This document shows, piece after piece, positions 48,503 to 58,157 of a DNA stretch of 64,000 bases; positions within the stretch are counted from its first letter, which is position 1; every line of letters begins with the position of its first letter. This DNA comes from Bdellovibrionales bacterium (GTDB taxonomy: Bacteria > Bdellovibrionota > Bdellovibrionia > Bdellovibrionales > UBA1609), in NCBI GenBank assembly GCA_965199825.1, contig OZ241329.1, forward strand, positions 2,048,001 to 2,112,000, written 5' to 3'. The notes under the pieces are model-generated. The model was given only the letters and a program-made list of their open reading frames with translations, searched no databases and was not told where the DNA came from. The translations under genes were made by a program, and so were the position numbers.

Positions 48503-49937
48503 AAAAAACGCTACAATACATCTTATGGGCATCTGCGGAACCGCAATGGCTTCGCTTGCAGGAATTTTTAAGAGCATGGGATTTGAGGTTCAGGGCAGTG
48601 ATCAAAATGTCTATCCCCCCATGTCGACCCAACTCGAAAAATTAAAGATCAAGGTGAACGAAGGTTATAAAGCCCAAAATTTAATTCCACCCCCAGATTT
48701 TGTGGTGGTCGGAAATGTGATTTCAAAAAATAATCCCGAAGCACAAGCGCTGCTTGAAAGTTCAATCCCATACTCGAGTTTACCCAAAGCTTTGGGCGAG
48801 TATGTGATTGAAAATCGTAAAACCATTATTGTTGCGGGCACTCATGGGAAAACAACCACCACTTCGATGGCCGCGGTGGTTGCGTTAGAGCAAGATTTAA
48901 AGCCTGGCTTTTTAATTGGTGGAATTCCACTTAACTTTTCGACCTCATTTCAAAAACCAGAGGGAGATTGGTTTGTGATTGAGGGTGATGAGTACGACAC
49001 CGCTTTTTTTGATAAAGTGCCCAAATTTTTGCATTACAGGCCTTTGCATGTGATTTTAACCAGTATTGAATTTGATCACGCCGATATCTATCGCGATCTT
49101 GATCATGTGAAGGAATCTTTTAGAAAACTTTTGCGACTGATTCCCGAAGACGGCACCTTGATTTACAATGCCGAGGATAAAAATATTTTAAGTTTACTTG
49201 GTGAAACCCGTTGCAAAAATGTTTTTGGTTACGGCGAATCGACGGGTGATTTTACGGTTGCGGATCGACAGAATTTATTGGGCCGCAATCAATTTGCGGT
49301 GATCCAAAATAACGAGCGCATTGCCGATATCGCAATCAAAAGTTTTGGAATCCACAATACCTTAAATGCCTTAAGTGTTTTTGCTTTAAGCACCGTCCTT
49401 CAATGGAATCTTTCAAAAACTTTGACCGCTTTAAGCAAATTTAAGGGTGTCAAACGCAGGCAAGAAATTTTATTTGAGATTGGGGGCATCACGGTGGTTG
49501 AGGATTTTGCGCATCATCCAACCGCGGTGGACTTGACTCTAAAATCAATCCACGAGCAATTTCCAAATCGGCGGGTGATTGGGGTTTTTGAGCCACGCTC
49601 GGCCACCTCGCGCCGTAATATTTTTCAAGAGGCTTATGCCAAAGCATTTGCCGCAGCTGATTTGGTATTTTTGATGGAGCCCTTTGATCAGAGCCAAATT
49701 CCAGAGGAACAAAGATTTTCGTCCAAAAAATTAAAAGCAGATTTAGAAAAACAAAATACAGAAGTATTTTTGCATCAATCAGTGGATGAGTTGGTCGTCA
49801 ATTTGACCGACCAAACCAAAAAAGGCGATGTGATTTTGGTGATGAGTAACGGCGGCTTTGATGGAATTTATCAAAAATTGAATGAAAGCCTAAAACGTTC
49901 CAGTCATAGCCATAGTGGACAAGAAAATAGTCAATAG
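48492..49937 (+). CDS. mpl: Murein peptide ligase
   Basis: IHLMGICGTAM, GTHGKTTT, EGDEYDTAFFDK, DFAHHPTA, FEPRS, MSNGGF. Confidence 0.95.
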   Translation: MQLKKNATIHLMGICGTAMASLAGIFKSMGFEVQGSDQNVYPPMSTQLEKLKIKVNEGYKAQNLIPPPDFVVVGNVISKNNPEAQALLESSIPYSSLPKALGEYVIENRKTIIVAGTHGKTTTTSMAAVVALEQDLKPGFLIGGIPLNFSTSFQKPEGDWFVIEGDEYDTAFFDKVPKFLHYRPLHVILTSIEFDHADIYRDLDHVKESFRKLLRLIPEDGTLIYNAEDKNILSLLGETRCKNVFGYGESTGDFTVADRQNLLGRNQFAVIQNNERIADIAIKSFGIHNTLNALSVFALSTVLQWNLSKTLTALSKFKGVKRRQEILFEIGGITVVEDFAHHPTAVDLTLKSIHEQFPNRRVIGVFEPRSATSRRNIFQEAYAKAFAAADLVFLMEPFDQSQIPEEQRFSSKKLKADLEKQNTEVFLHQSVDELVVNLTDQTKKGDVILVMSNGGFDGIYQKLNESLKRSSHSHSGQENSQ

Positions 49938-50030
49938 GGTAAAAATAACCAAGGTCCATTGCGCATTGTCGATCTGTTCCACGGGATACCATCCTTCATT
50001 GATTAAGATTTAAGGATATTAGCAAGCAAG

Positions 50031-51032
50031 ATGCCAGAATTCGTTATGGAAAACCCCTCGATTCGTCATGCGCGCGAGCTGCTCGAGGTCCATCCATCCA
50101 GTTCGCTCGAGGATTTAAAAAAAGCCTTTAGACGGATGGCATTGCTTTACCATCCGGATCGCAATCAAGAGCCTCAAGCCCCAAAAATTTTTGATTCCAT
50201 CAAAAAGGCCTATGATCTTTTAAAAGATCCGGTTCAGGTTCGTCTGTTAAATAAAAATGCGATCAAAGACCGATTGTCTCGCACCGTGATTGAAGGTCTG
50301 GCTGTGACTTTTGGTTCATTTTTTGGATTTCGATTGTTTCGCTTACCGGGCCTTACAGAAAAGCGATTTCGTTTGGGAAAAGAAAAACTCGGTGAGGTCG
50401 ACCAATACAATATGTCTTATGCCGAATCTCTTGAGGCCACATCCATTCTTGATCATCCGGCTTATGATTCCTTGGAGCTTGTTTATGCGGGCCGCTTTTC
50501 AAAAGAAGATGAGGCGGAGCTTCTCAAAAACTTTAAGACTCAAAAAATATTGGAGCTACCATGGGTGACCTTAAATCACCGCGGTATTTTTTTATTTTTA
50601 AAGCAGGATTTGCGGCAGGCCGCAAAATGTTACGAACTTTTGAATGAACGAATCCCTTTGAATATTATTTTTATGTATCGATTGGGGCTACTCAATATTT
50701 TGCTCAGTTTTCAGGAGGCAAAAACGAGCGTTCTGGGTGCAAAAAAGCCTGAACCTCGGGCGTTTAAAAAAGGTGTGGCCCTGCTGGAGGCTTGTTTAAA
50801 AATTGCAGCCCAAAGACCAGTTGGAAAACAAAAATGCATTTTGATTAGAAAAACCTTGGCCGAGGTCTATGAAAAGTCTGGTCATAAATTTAGGTCTCAG
50901 CGGATGTGGCGCGAGATCGAAAAGCTAGACCCTAAGTCCATCGAAGTCGCTTATCGCAGGAAAGGTTTAAAAGGAGCTTTACGCCTTCTTGACTCCAAAA
51001 AGTTGGCAAAAAAACCGATAATTTCGGTATGA
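50031..51032 (+). CDS. J-domain protein with TPR-like C-terminus
   Basis: LKKAFRRMALLYHPDRN (HPD); helical repeats downstream. Confidence 0.85.
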   Translation: MPEFVMENPSIRHARELLEVHPSSSLEDLKKAFRRMALLYHPDRNQEPQAPKIFDSIKKAYDLLKDPVQVRLLNKNAIKDRLSRTVIEGLAVTFGSFFGFRLFRLPGLTEKRFRLGKEKLGEVDQYNMSYAESLEATSILDHPAYDSLELVYAGRFSKEDEAELLKNFKTQKILELPWVTLNHRGIFLFLKQDLRQAAKCYELLNERIPLNIIFMYRLGLLNILLSFQEAKTSVLGAKKPEPRAFKKGVALLEACLKIAAQRPVGKQKCILIRKTLAEVYEKSGHKFRSQRMWREIEKLDPKSIEVAYRRKGLKGALRLLDSKKLAKKPIISV

Positions 51033-51955
51033 ATTCAAAACTTGAAATCGATCAATTCCTAGAAGCCGCAAATCAAATTATCATCGGTAAAAAACAGCAA
51101 ATTAAATTGAGTTTGTGCACGGTGCTTTCAGAAGGACATTTGTTGATCGAAGATGTTCCGGGTGTTGGGAAAACCACACTTGTTCGGCTTTTAGCAAAGG
51201 CTCTCGGATTAAAATCCAGCCGGGTTCAGTTTACCAATGATCTCTTGCCCGCCGATATTTTAGGAACCTCGATATTTGATGCGCGAACCTCGGGATTCTC
51301 GTTTCATCAGGGGCCAATTTTTAATCAGATCGTGATTGCGGATGAGTTAAACAGAGCCACTCCAAAAACCCAAAGCGCATGTCTTGAAGCCATGGAAGAG
51401 CGAAGGGTGAGTATCGACGGACGGAGTTACGATTTACCAAAACCTTTTGTGCTTGTTGCAACCCAAAATCCTTTGGAGCAAGCAGGAACCTATCCACTTC
51501 CAGAAGCTCAGCTTGATCGTTTTTTAATGCGCATTGAAATCGGCTATCCCGATCGCGAGTCTGAAAAACAACTTCTCAAAGGCGATTCGAGAGAGAGCCT
51601 TTTGCAGGGAATGAAAAGCATCATGACGCCCGAGGAAGTTCTCAATCATCAGGCAAAAACAAAAAATATTTATATTGCGGATTCGGTGATTCAATACATT
51701 CAAAATCTTTTAGAATTTTCGCGCTCTCAAGCAGTTGATCAAAAAGGGCTATCTCCCCGAGCGGGCCTAGCCCTGGTGCGTGCTGCAAAAAGTTATGCCT
51801 ACATCGAAGGCCGCGATCATGTGTTGCCAGATGATGTGAAAGCGGTGGCGGTAGCGGTGATGGGCCATCGACTCAATCATATGACCGATCAAACCGCGTC
51901 GGAAGGGCAGCGGCGTGCTTTAGAGATTCTTGATTCTGTCTCAGTGGATGAGTGA
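51029..51955 (+). CDS. MoxR-family AAA+ ATPase
   Basis: EDVPGVGKTT, QFTNDLLPAD, DELNRA, ATQNP, QLDRF, SPRA. Confidence 0.95.
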   Translation: MNSKLEIDQFLEAANQIIIGKKQQIKLSLCTVLSEGHLLIEDVPGVGKTTLVRLLAKALGLKSSRVQFTNDLLPADILGTSIFDARTSGFSFHQGPIFNQIVIADELNRATPKTQSACLEAMEERRVSIDGRSYDLPKPFVLVATQNPLEQAGTYPLPEAQLDRFLMRIEIGYPDRESEKQLLKGDSRESLLQGMKSIMTPEEVLNHQAKTKNIYIADSVIQYIQNLLEFSRSQAVDQKGLSPRAGLALVRAAKSYAYIEGRDHVLPDDVKAVAVAVMGHRLNHMTDQTASEGQRRALEILDSVSVDE

Positions 51956-52815
51956 TGAAGCGGATTTATATTCTTCCCACAGGGCACGGCTTAGTTTTTT
52001 TGTGCTCCATCGTATTTATGATTCTGACCGCTGCAAGCTTCAATAATAACCTAGTCTACATTTTGTCTTTTGTGCTGTTTGGTGTGTTTTTTGTCTCTAT
52101 GATTCAAACAAATATCAATCTCAAGAAATTGAAATTCAAAAATTGCACCATTGCCGATCAAGTGAGTGATCAAACAATAACGATATGGCTTACGTTTGAG
52201 ACCACAAATAATAAAAAGGTGGAGTGTATTGATCTCGGATCAAAGCAGTTGGTGGAGCGAGTGGGAGAGATCAATCAAACTTTAAGAGTAAAAGCATTTA
52301 TCCCGTCACAAAAAAGAGGTCGCCATATTCTAAAAAAGTTTCGGGTGTCGACGACCTATCCGCTCGGGCTTTTTAGGGCGTGGACCCAGCTTGACCTTTC
52401 TTGTGCCTATTACATCTACCCCAATCCAATAAAAAATAATAAATCCAGTAGTTCAAAAGGTGCCGACGGCGAATCTAGTTCTTTGCTCCATCAGCGCGCG
52501 CAAGAATTTTATGATCATCGCGCTTTTCAATTTGGCGATAACTCGCATCATATTGATTGGAAGGCGTATGCGCGGGGGCGTCCGCTTTTGATCAAGCGCT
52601 TTCAAGGTCATCTCAATACCATTTCACATTTTGTGTTAGATGAGAGCGATGTGGAAAGATCTTTATCTTTGATCACCGCTGATATTTTAGACATTAAAAA
52701 ATCACAAAACGATTTTTCACTCAAAATGAGTGCAACCGCACAACCTCAAAAATTTAACTCAAAACAAACAGCGATGGCTCTCAGATTATTGGCGACTTAT
52801 GGACACGTTGCTTAA
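51952..52815 (+). CDS. DUF58 domain membrane protein
   Basis: IYILPT..G, YPLGLFRAW, GDN..HIDWKAYAR. Confidence 0.9.
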   Translation: MMKRIYILPTGHGLVFLCSIVFMILTAASFNNNLVYILSFVLFGVFFVSMIQTNINLKKLKFKNCTIADQVSDQTITIWLTFETTNNKKVECIDLGSKQLVERVGEINQTLRVKAFIPSQKRGRHILKKFRVSTTYPLGLFRAWTQLDLSCAYYIYPNPIKNNKSSSSKGADGESSSLLHQRAQEFYDHRAFQFGDNSHHIDWKAYARGRPLLIKRFQGHLNTISHFVLDESDVERSLSLITADILDIKKSQNDFSLKMSATAQPQKFNSKQTAMALRLLATYGHVA

Positions 52816-54784
52816 AAAACGAAAACCGATTCTTTATATTTTGGTTTTGATCAATGTCTTAAGTGTGGCCACCGATCTTGAGCAGTGGATGGTTGCCCTT
52901 TCGCTCACATTTATCTGCTGGAGTTTTTTAAGTGAGAACTACAAGAATATAAAGCCGCCCCGATACGTAGTTTGGTTGACCGCGGTGGTGTCTGCCCTTT
53001 TGGTGTTGAATCAGTACGACATGTTGTGGGGAGTGCAGTCGGCACTGGCATTACTGGCTCTTCTTGTGCCGCTTAAACTTTTTGAAAGTACAACTTATCG
53101 CGATATGATGTTTTTGACTTATCTTTGCTTTTTTGTGCTGATGGCAAAACTCCTCTTGTCACAAACTTTGTTTACCACTGTTTTTATGGGATGTGACACC
53201 GTCGCACTTTTGGCCTTGATGGCCTCTTTTCATAAACAGGATCAAAATTTTTCGTTTTTTAGTTTATTAAAACAAATTTTACTTTTATCGATTTTGGCTA
53301 TTCCTATTTTATTTATATTTTTCGTTCTCTTTCCACGATTTGAAACCTCGTTTTTTTCGCGTTCTCAAGAAAATACCGGATCGATTGGATTTTCAGATCA
53401 GCTGAAGCCCGGAAGTATTTCAAAGCTGATTCAGAGTGAAGAGGTGGCATTGCGGGTTTCCTCAGATCAAGAATTTCCGCCACTTGATCACCTTTATTTT
53501 AGAGGCTCGGTGCTCTCCCTCTCAAAAGGCCTAGAGTGGCAAAAATTAAAATCGGTAGAGCGGCATGCGGCCAATAAACCTTTAGATCTTAGTCAAGCGA
53601 TCCATTACGATTTTATTTTGGAGCCGCAATTTGATCGAATGTTATTTTCGCTCGACTGGCCACTCTGGATTGAATTTAAAAATGAATCTCAAAACGCCCA
53701 ACTTGAGCGCGGAGATGGTTTTATTTTTAGTAGCGCAATAGAGTTCACAACCAGAAGCTTATACCGCGAATATTCAAGCCCTGATGTCTACAAGATTCCT
53801 TGGCGCGAAGAGCTGATTCAGCCTGAATTTTATTTGAACCTTGAGGATGTGGAAGCTCCACGTGCGAGGTTGTTCGTGAACCAACTGATCAATTTGCATT
53901 TAAGCCAAAGCGAATTGATTTCGCGGCTGCTTGAGTTTTATCAACAGAATTTTAAATACTCCTTAAATCCTCCCTTGGCGCGAAATCTCGATGAATTTTT
54001 GTTTGAAACTCGAGTGGGATTTTGTGAGCACTTTGCCGCAAGTTTTGCCACCCTTCTACGCATGGCCCATATTCCCTCACGGGTGGTCTTGGGCTTTCAG
54101 GGTGGAACGCGCAGTGCTTTTGGAAATTTCGTCACCGTTCGAAATTTGGATGCTCATGCTTGGCTCGAATACTATAGCAAAGAGCAAAAAATTTGGCGTC
54201 GTCTTGATCCCACCTCTGTGGTCGCCCCGGATCGATTGCGTTTAGGTGCCGAACGATTTGGCGATTCCGAATTGCAAAAGATCGGGCAACTCTCTGATCG
54301 CTATCCGTTATTATCGAAAGTGTTTGGCTCAGAGGTCAGTCAGATTTATTTTCGAATCCGGCGTATGCTGGATCAAGGCGAGTCGTCGTGGATTCAATTT
54401 TTATTGCAATTTGATTCAAACTTTCAAAAACATTTTTTTGAAAAGTTTGATTTTTCTTATCTCAAACTGTTTTTATTTTTGATTTTGAGTAGCTTTGTTA
54501 TTTTCTGTGCAATCTATCTCGTGCTTCGCCCAAGGCGACGTCGCGAAGATCCAGTTCTCAAGGCCTATGCGGGTTTGTTAAAAAAACTCAAAACCAAAGG
54601 TTTTGAAAAAAGCCCAAGTGAGGCGCCACTCGAATTCGAAAACAGGGTTTTAACAACTCTAAAAGAGCCCGAACTCCAAGCTCTTTTTGTTGAATGGCGA
54701 ACTCTGCGCTATTCGTCAGCTAATAATTCCAAACAAGCACTGCTTGATTTTAAAAAGCACGTCAAACTCTTGCGTCTGAGTTGA
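52799..54784 (+). CDS. TgpA-like membrane transglutaminase (DUF3488 plus TGc)
   Basis: LFPR, GFCEHFA (Cys), GFQGG, AHAWLE (His), W.RLDPT (Asp). Confidence 0.9.
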   Translation: MDTLLKKRKPILYILVLINVLSVATDLEQWMVALSLTFICWSFLSENYKNIKPPRYVVWLTAVVSALLVLNQYDMLWGVQSALALLALLVPLKLFESTTYRDMMFLTYLCFFVLMAKLLLSQTLFTTVFMGCDTVALLALMASFHKQDQNFSFFSLLKQILLLSILAIPILFIFFVLFPRFETSFFSRSQENTGSIGFSDQLKPGSISKLIQSEEVALRVSSDQEFPPLDHLYFRGSVLSLSKGLEWQKLKSVERHAANKPLDLSQAIHYDFILEPQFDRMLFSLDWPLWIEFKNESQNAQLERGDGFIFSSAIEFTTRSLYREYSSPDVYKIPWREELIQPEFYLNLEDVEAPRARLFVNQLINLHLSQSELISRLLEFYQQNFKYSLNPPLARNLDEFLFETRVGFCEHFAASFATLLRMAHIPSRVVLGFQGGTRSAFGNFVTVRNLDAHAWLEYYSKEQKIWRRLDPTSVVAPDRLRLGAERFGDSELQKIGQLSDRYPLLSKVFGSEVSQIYFRIRRMLDQGESSWIQFLLQFDSNFQKHFFEKFDFSYLKLFLFLILSSFVIFCAIYLVLRPRRRREDPVLKAYAGLLKKLKTKGFEKSPSEAPLEFENRVLTTLKEPELQALFVEWRTLRYSSANNSKQALLDFKKHVKLLRLS

Positions 54785-54806
54785 ATCTTTGCTCTTTACT
54801 TAAAAC

Positions 54807-57182
54807 ATGACGAGCTCGACCACCCCACTCATGAAGCAGTATTGGGAAATTAAAACTCAACACTCTGACAAAATTGTTTTGTTTCGGATGGGTGATTTTT
54901 ACGAGATGTTTCATCGCGACGCCGAAGTGGCAGCACCATTATTGGGAATCCAACTGACCCAGCGAAATAAAAAAGCCAAAGATGTCACCAAAATGTGTGG
55001 TGTTCCACATCATAGCATTGCGGGCCCGATTGCAAAGTTGTTGGCTCAGGGTCATAAGGTTGCGGTTGTTGAACAAACCGAAGATCCAAAATTTGCCAAG
55101 GGCTTAGTTCGGCGCGAAGTCACCCGAATCTTAACACCAGGAATGGTTTATGATCCCTCAACCTTAAATGAGTTGAGCGCCAATTATATTGTGGCCTACG
55201 ACAATGAGTCTTTAAGTGCGGTAGACACCTCAACCGGTGAAGCCTTTTTTTATCAAACCAAAGAGGTTCAGCGTTTAATTGAGCTGTTAAGACCAAGCGA
55301 AATTCTGGTGGCTCATCCACAATTACATAATGAAAAAACTCATCTTCATCTTGTGCCTCAAGACTTTGGCAATTTAGATTTACCCTTAAGTGCTCGCTGC
55401 GTGATTCATTACCTAAAAAGTTTAAATGCCGATGTGGAATTGATATTTGAACAGCGCAGATTAGACCGGGTTTTAAATTTATCTCCAGAAGCCCTAAGGG
55501 CGTTAGAGATTTTTGAAAACGCAAGGGGCGAAACCTCACAAACTTTATTTGAAAGCATGAGACAGTTTAAAACCTCGAGTGGCGCGCGCCTGTTTCGTTC
55601 GTGGCTTAAATTTCCATTGCTTGATCTGGATGAGATTGATCGTCGACACAATTTGATTGATCTTCATATTCAGGATCTTTCAAATCTAAAAGATATCAGA
55701 GAAAATTTAAGTTATCTCGGAGATGTCGAACGAAAGTTAAGTAAAGCTCTTTTGTTGACCAGCACAGCGAGAGACTTAAACAATCTCAAAAGTTCTATTG
55801 AGGTCGGATTAAAATTAAATCTAGACTTAAAAGAATTAAAAATAATTGTCGATGACATTGAGCGAACAATTGAGCCCGACTCGCCCTCGAATCACAAAGA
55901 GGGCGGATACATCAAACAAGATTATAGTTCAGAGCTTAAAGAACTCCTGTCTTTAAGTGAGAATTCGAATCAAAAACTCTTAGAGATGGAAAGCTTACTC
56001 AAGGAGCAAACAAAAATCTCTTCGCTAAAAATCAGATACAATTCGGTTTTTGGTTTTTATATTGAGGTCACCAACACTCATCTTGAAAAAGTGCCCTCCA
56101 ATTTTTTAAGAAAGCAAACTTTGGTCAATGCCGAGCGCTTCACCACAAAAGAATTAGAACAACTCGAAGTCCAAATTCTTTCGGCAAAAACAAAACGTCT
56201 CGAGCTTGAACTCCAAATCTTTTTGGATCTCAAACAAAAACTAAAAACTTCGGCCCAGGATATTTTACTGGCTGCAAGAAAATGGGCTGAGCTTGATGTG
56301 GTCACAACTTTGGCGTGGCTCTCGATTGAGCGAAAGTATACGCGGCCCAAATTTATCAAAAATAACGGACTGACGCTGGTTCATTCCAGGCATCCTTGCT
56401 TGGAACTCACGCGCGGAAAAACTTTTACCAGTAACACGATCGTGATCAAACCAGGCCAGTGTCTTTTACTCACAGGCCCCAACATGGCGGGTAAGAGTAC
56501 GATCATGCGCCAAGTGGCCTTGACCGTTTTGCTCGCCCAAGTGGGATGTTTTGTTCCGGCCGAGCAGGCCCAAATTTCTTTGGTGGATGGGATTTTTACG
56601 CGTCTTGGATCGAGTGATCAGTTGAGCGAGGGAATGTCGACTTTTATGGTGGAGATGACCGAGACGGCCGAAATCCTCAGACTTGCCACTCAAGATTCGC
56701 TCATTCTTCTCGATGAGATTGGCCGCGGCACAAGTACCTATGATGGATTAAGTCTTGCGCAATCGTTACTCGAACATTTGGTTGAGCATAAAAAAAGTTT
56801 TTTACTTTTTGCGACCCATTACCATGAGCTCACCAGCTTAAAAGATCGGTTTAAAAATATCTCGAATCGGCATATGCGAATTGCCGAAAAAAACGGGCAC
56901 ATCGAATTTTTGCATACTCTAGCCGAAGGTGCGGCTCAAAAAAGCTATGGATTACATGTGGCAAAACTCGCAGGGGTTCCCACTTCGGTGATCGCTCGAG
57001 CACAAACTTTGTTAAAATCTTTTGAATCTCAACCCCAACAATTGAGTTTGTTAGAAACGATGCAGGATCAAAGCCTTAACGATCTTAAAAATAAAGTTTT
57101 GAGTCTCGACTTAAACCAAACCACACCTATGGATGCACTTTTAAAGTGGAAGGCGCTGCAGTCGGAATGTTTGGATCTTTGA
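54807..57182 (+). CDS. mutS: DNA mismatch repair protein MutS
   Basis: TPLMKQY, FRMGDFYEMF, TGPNMAGKST, DEIGRGTST, FATHYHEL. Confidence 0.97.
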   Translation: MTSSTTPLMKQYWEIKTQHSDKIVLFRMGDFYEMFHRDAEVAAPLLGIQLTQRNKKAKDVTKMCGVPHHSIAGPIAKLLAQGHKVAVVEQTEDPKFAKGLVRREVTRILTPGMVYDPSTLNELSANYIVAYDNESLSAVDTSTGEAFFYQTKEVQRLIELLRPSEILVAHPQLHNEKTHLHLVPQDFGNLDLPLSARCVIHYLKSLNADVELIFEQRRLDRVLNLSPEALRALEIFENARGETSQTLFESMRQFKTSSGARLFRSWLKFPLLDLDEIDRRHNLIDLHIQDLSNLKDIRENLSYLGDVERKLSKALLLTSTARDLNNLKSSIEVGLKLNLDLKELKIIVDDIERTIEPDSPSNHKEGGYIKQDYSSELKELLSLSENSNQKLLEMESLLKEQTKISSLKIRYNSVFGFYIEVTNTHLEKVPSNFLRKQTLVNAERFTTKELEQLEVQILSAKTKRLELELQIFLDLKQKLKTSAQDILLAARKWAELDVVTTLAWLSIERKYTRPKFIKNNGLTLVHSRHPCLELTRGKTFTSNTIVIKPGQCLLLTGPNMAGKSTIMRQVALTVLLAQVGCFVPAEQAQISLVDGIFTRLGSSDQLSEGMSTFMVEMTETAEILRLATQDSLILLDEIGRGTSTYDGLSLAQSLLEHLVEHKKSFLLFATHYHELTSLKDRFKNISNRHMRIAEKNGHIEFLHTLAEGAAQKSYGLHVAKLAGVPTSVIARAQTLLKSFESQPQQLSLLETMQDQSLNDLKNKVLSLDLNQTTPMDALLKWKALQSECLDL

Positions 57183-57293
57183 CATCGTCTGTCTAGACCC
57201 AAAACAATTTTATGTTTGCCTCTTGCGGACTATCACAAAGGCTGTCAGACTTTAATACAGTTAACGAACACCATCATTGGGGAGGGAGCAAGG

Positions 57294-57671
57294 ATGCTCA
57301 GAGATGTCCTAATTCAAAAAGGTCTGTCGAATAGAGAAGCAGAGGTCGCGGAACTCGTGACTAAAGGACTTTCCAACAAGGAAGTTGCCAATCAATTGTT
57401 TGTCACAGAGAAAACTGTGAAGTTTCATCTGACAAATATCTATAAGAAAATGAGCGTGAAAAGTCGAGCTCAACTTATTGTATGGTGCTTGCCACATCTT
57501 GGATTTGTCGAAAAAGAAGAGCGCGCCATCGAGAGCAATCAACTCAATGCAAGCCAGCAAGCCCCAACGATTCCGGTGGGCAATGCAACCGTTGGTCAAA
57601 CTTCGGCCGCTCCAGCTATTCCGACTTTAAATCGTGGAAACGATGCGGGTCACGACGCTGGTTCTTTCTAA
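57294..57671 (+). CDS. Stand-alone LuxR-type HTH regulator with low-complexity tail
   Basis: LSNREAEV..LVTKGLSNKEVANQLFVTEKTVKFHLTNIYKK; GGAGGGAG SD before ATG 57294. Confidence 0.92.
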   Translation: MLRDVLIQKGLSNREAEVAELVTKGLSNKEVANQLFVTEKTVKFHLTNIYKKMSVKSRAQLIVWCLPHLGFVEKEERAIESNQLNASQQAPTIPVGNATVGQTSAAPAIPTLNRGNDAGHDAGSF

Positions 57672-57677
57672 AAGAAA

Positions 57678-58157
57678 ATGAATGTGAAGGAAGCCCGTCC
57701 CGTCGACCATTCGATTGTCATCATGACGGAGATGGTGCTTCCGAGTCACACCAACGCTTTAGATTCTATTTTTGGCGGTGTGATTATGTCTTGGATCGAT
57801 ATTGCCGCCGCAATTTCAGCACAGCGCCATAGCGGATCACAAGTGGTCACCGCATCGATTGATGATCTTCATTTTGTCCAACCCGTATACAAAGGTTGGA
57901 TTGTGAATCTCAAGGCTTCGGTGAATTTTACGGGTCGAACATCAATGGAAGTCGGTGTTCGAATTGACGCCGAAAATCCAATCAAAGATCAAACCTTTCA
58001 TACGGCTTCGGCCTATCTGACTTTTGTAGCTGTGGATGCTCAAGGTAATCCTGTGGAGATTCCGCAAGTGATCGCCCAAACCGAAGATCAAAAAAGACGA
58101 TTTGCCGCCGCTCAAGTGCGGCGAAAATTGCGACTCGAACGGCGCAAAAAGTATTAG
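57678..58157 (+). CDS. Acyl-CoA thioesterase (YciA hotdog family)
   Basis: N..IFGG.IMSWIDIAA, VVTAS, GRTSMEVGV, AYLTFVAVD. Confidence 0.92.
   Translation: MNVKEARPVDHSIVIMTEMVLPSHTNALDSIFGGVIMSWIDIAAAISAQRHSGSQVVTASIDDLHFVQPVYKGWIVNLKASVNFTGRTSMEVGVRIDAENPIKDQTFHTASAYLTFVAVDAQGNPVEIPQVIAQTEDQKRRFAAAQVRRKLRLERRKKY

Larger units (their letters stand above)
46601..48510 (+). repeat. Perfect 20-bp direct repeat CATGCAACTTAAAAAAAACG at 46601-46620 and 48491-48510
   Basis: Read directly; each copy contains a start codon and encodes MQLKKN. Confidence 0.9.
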
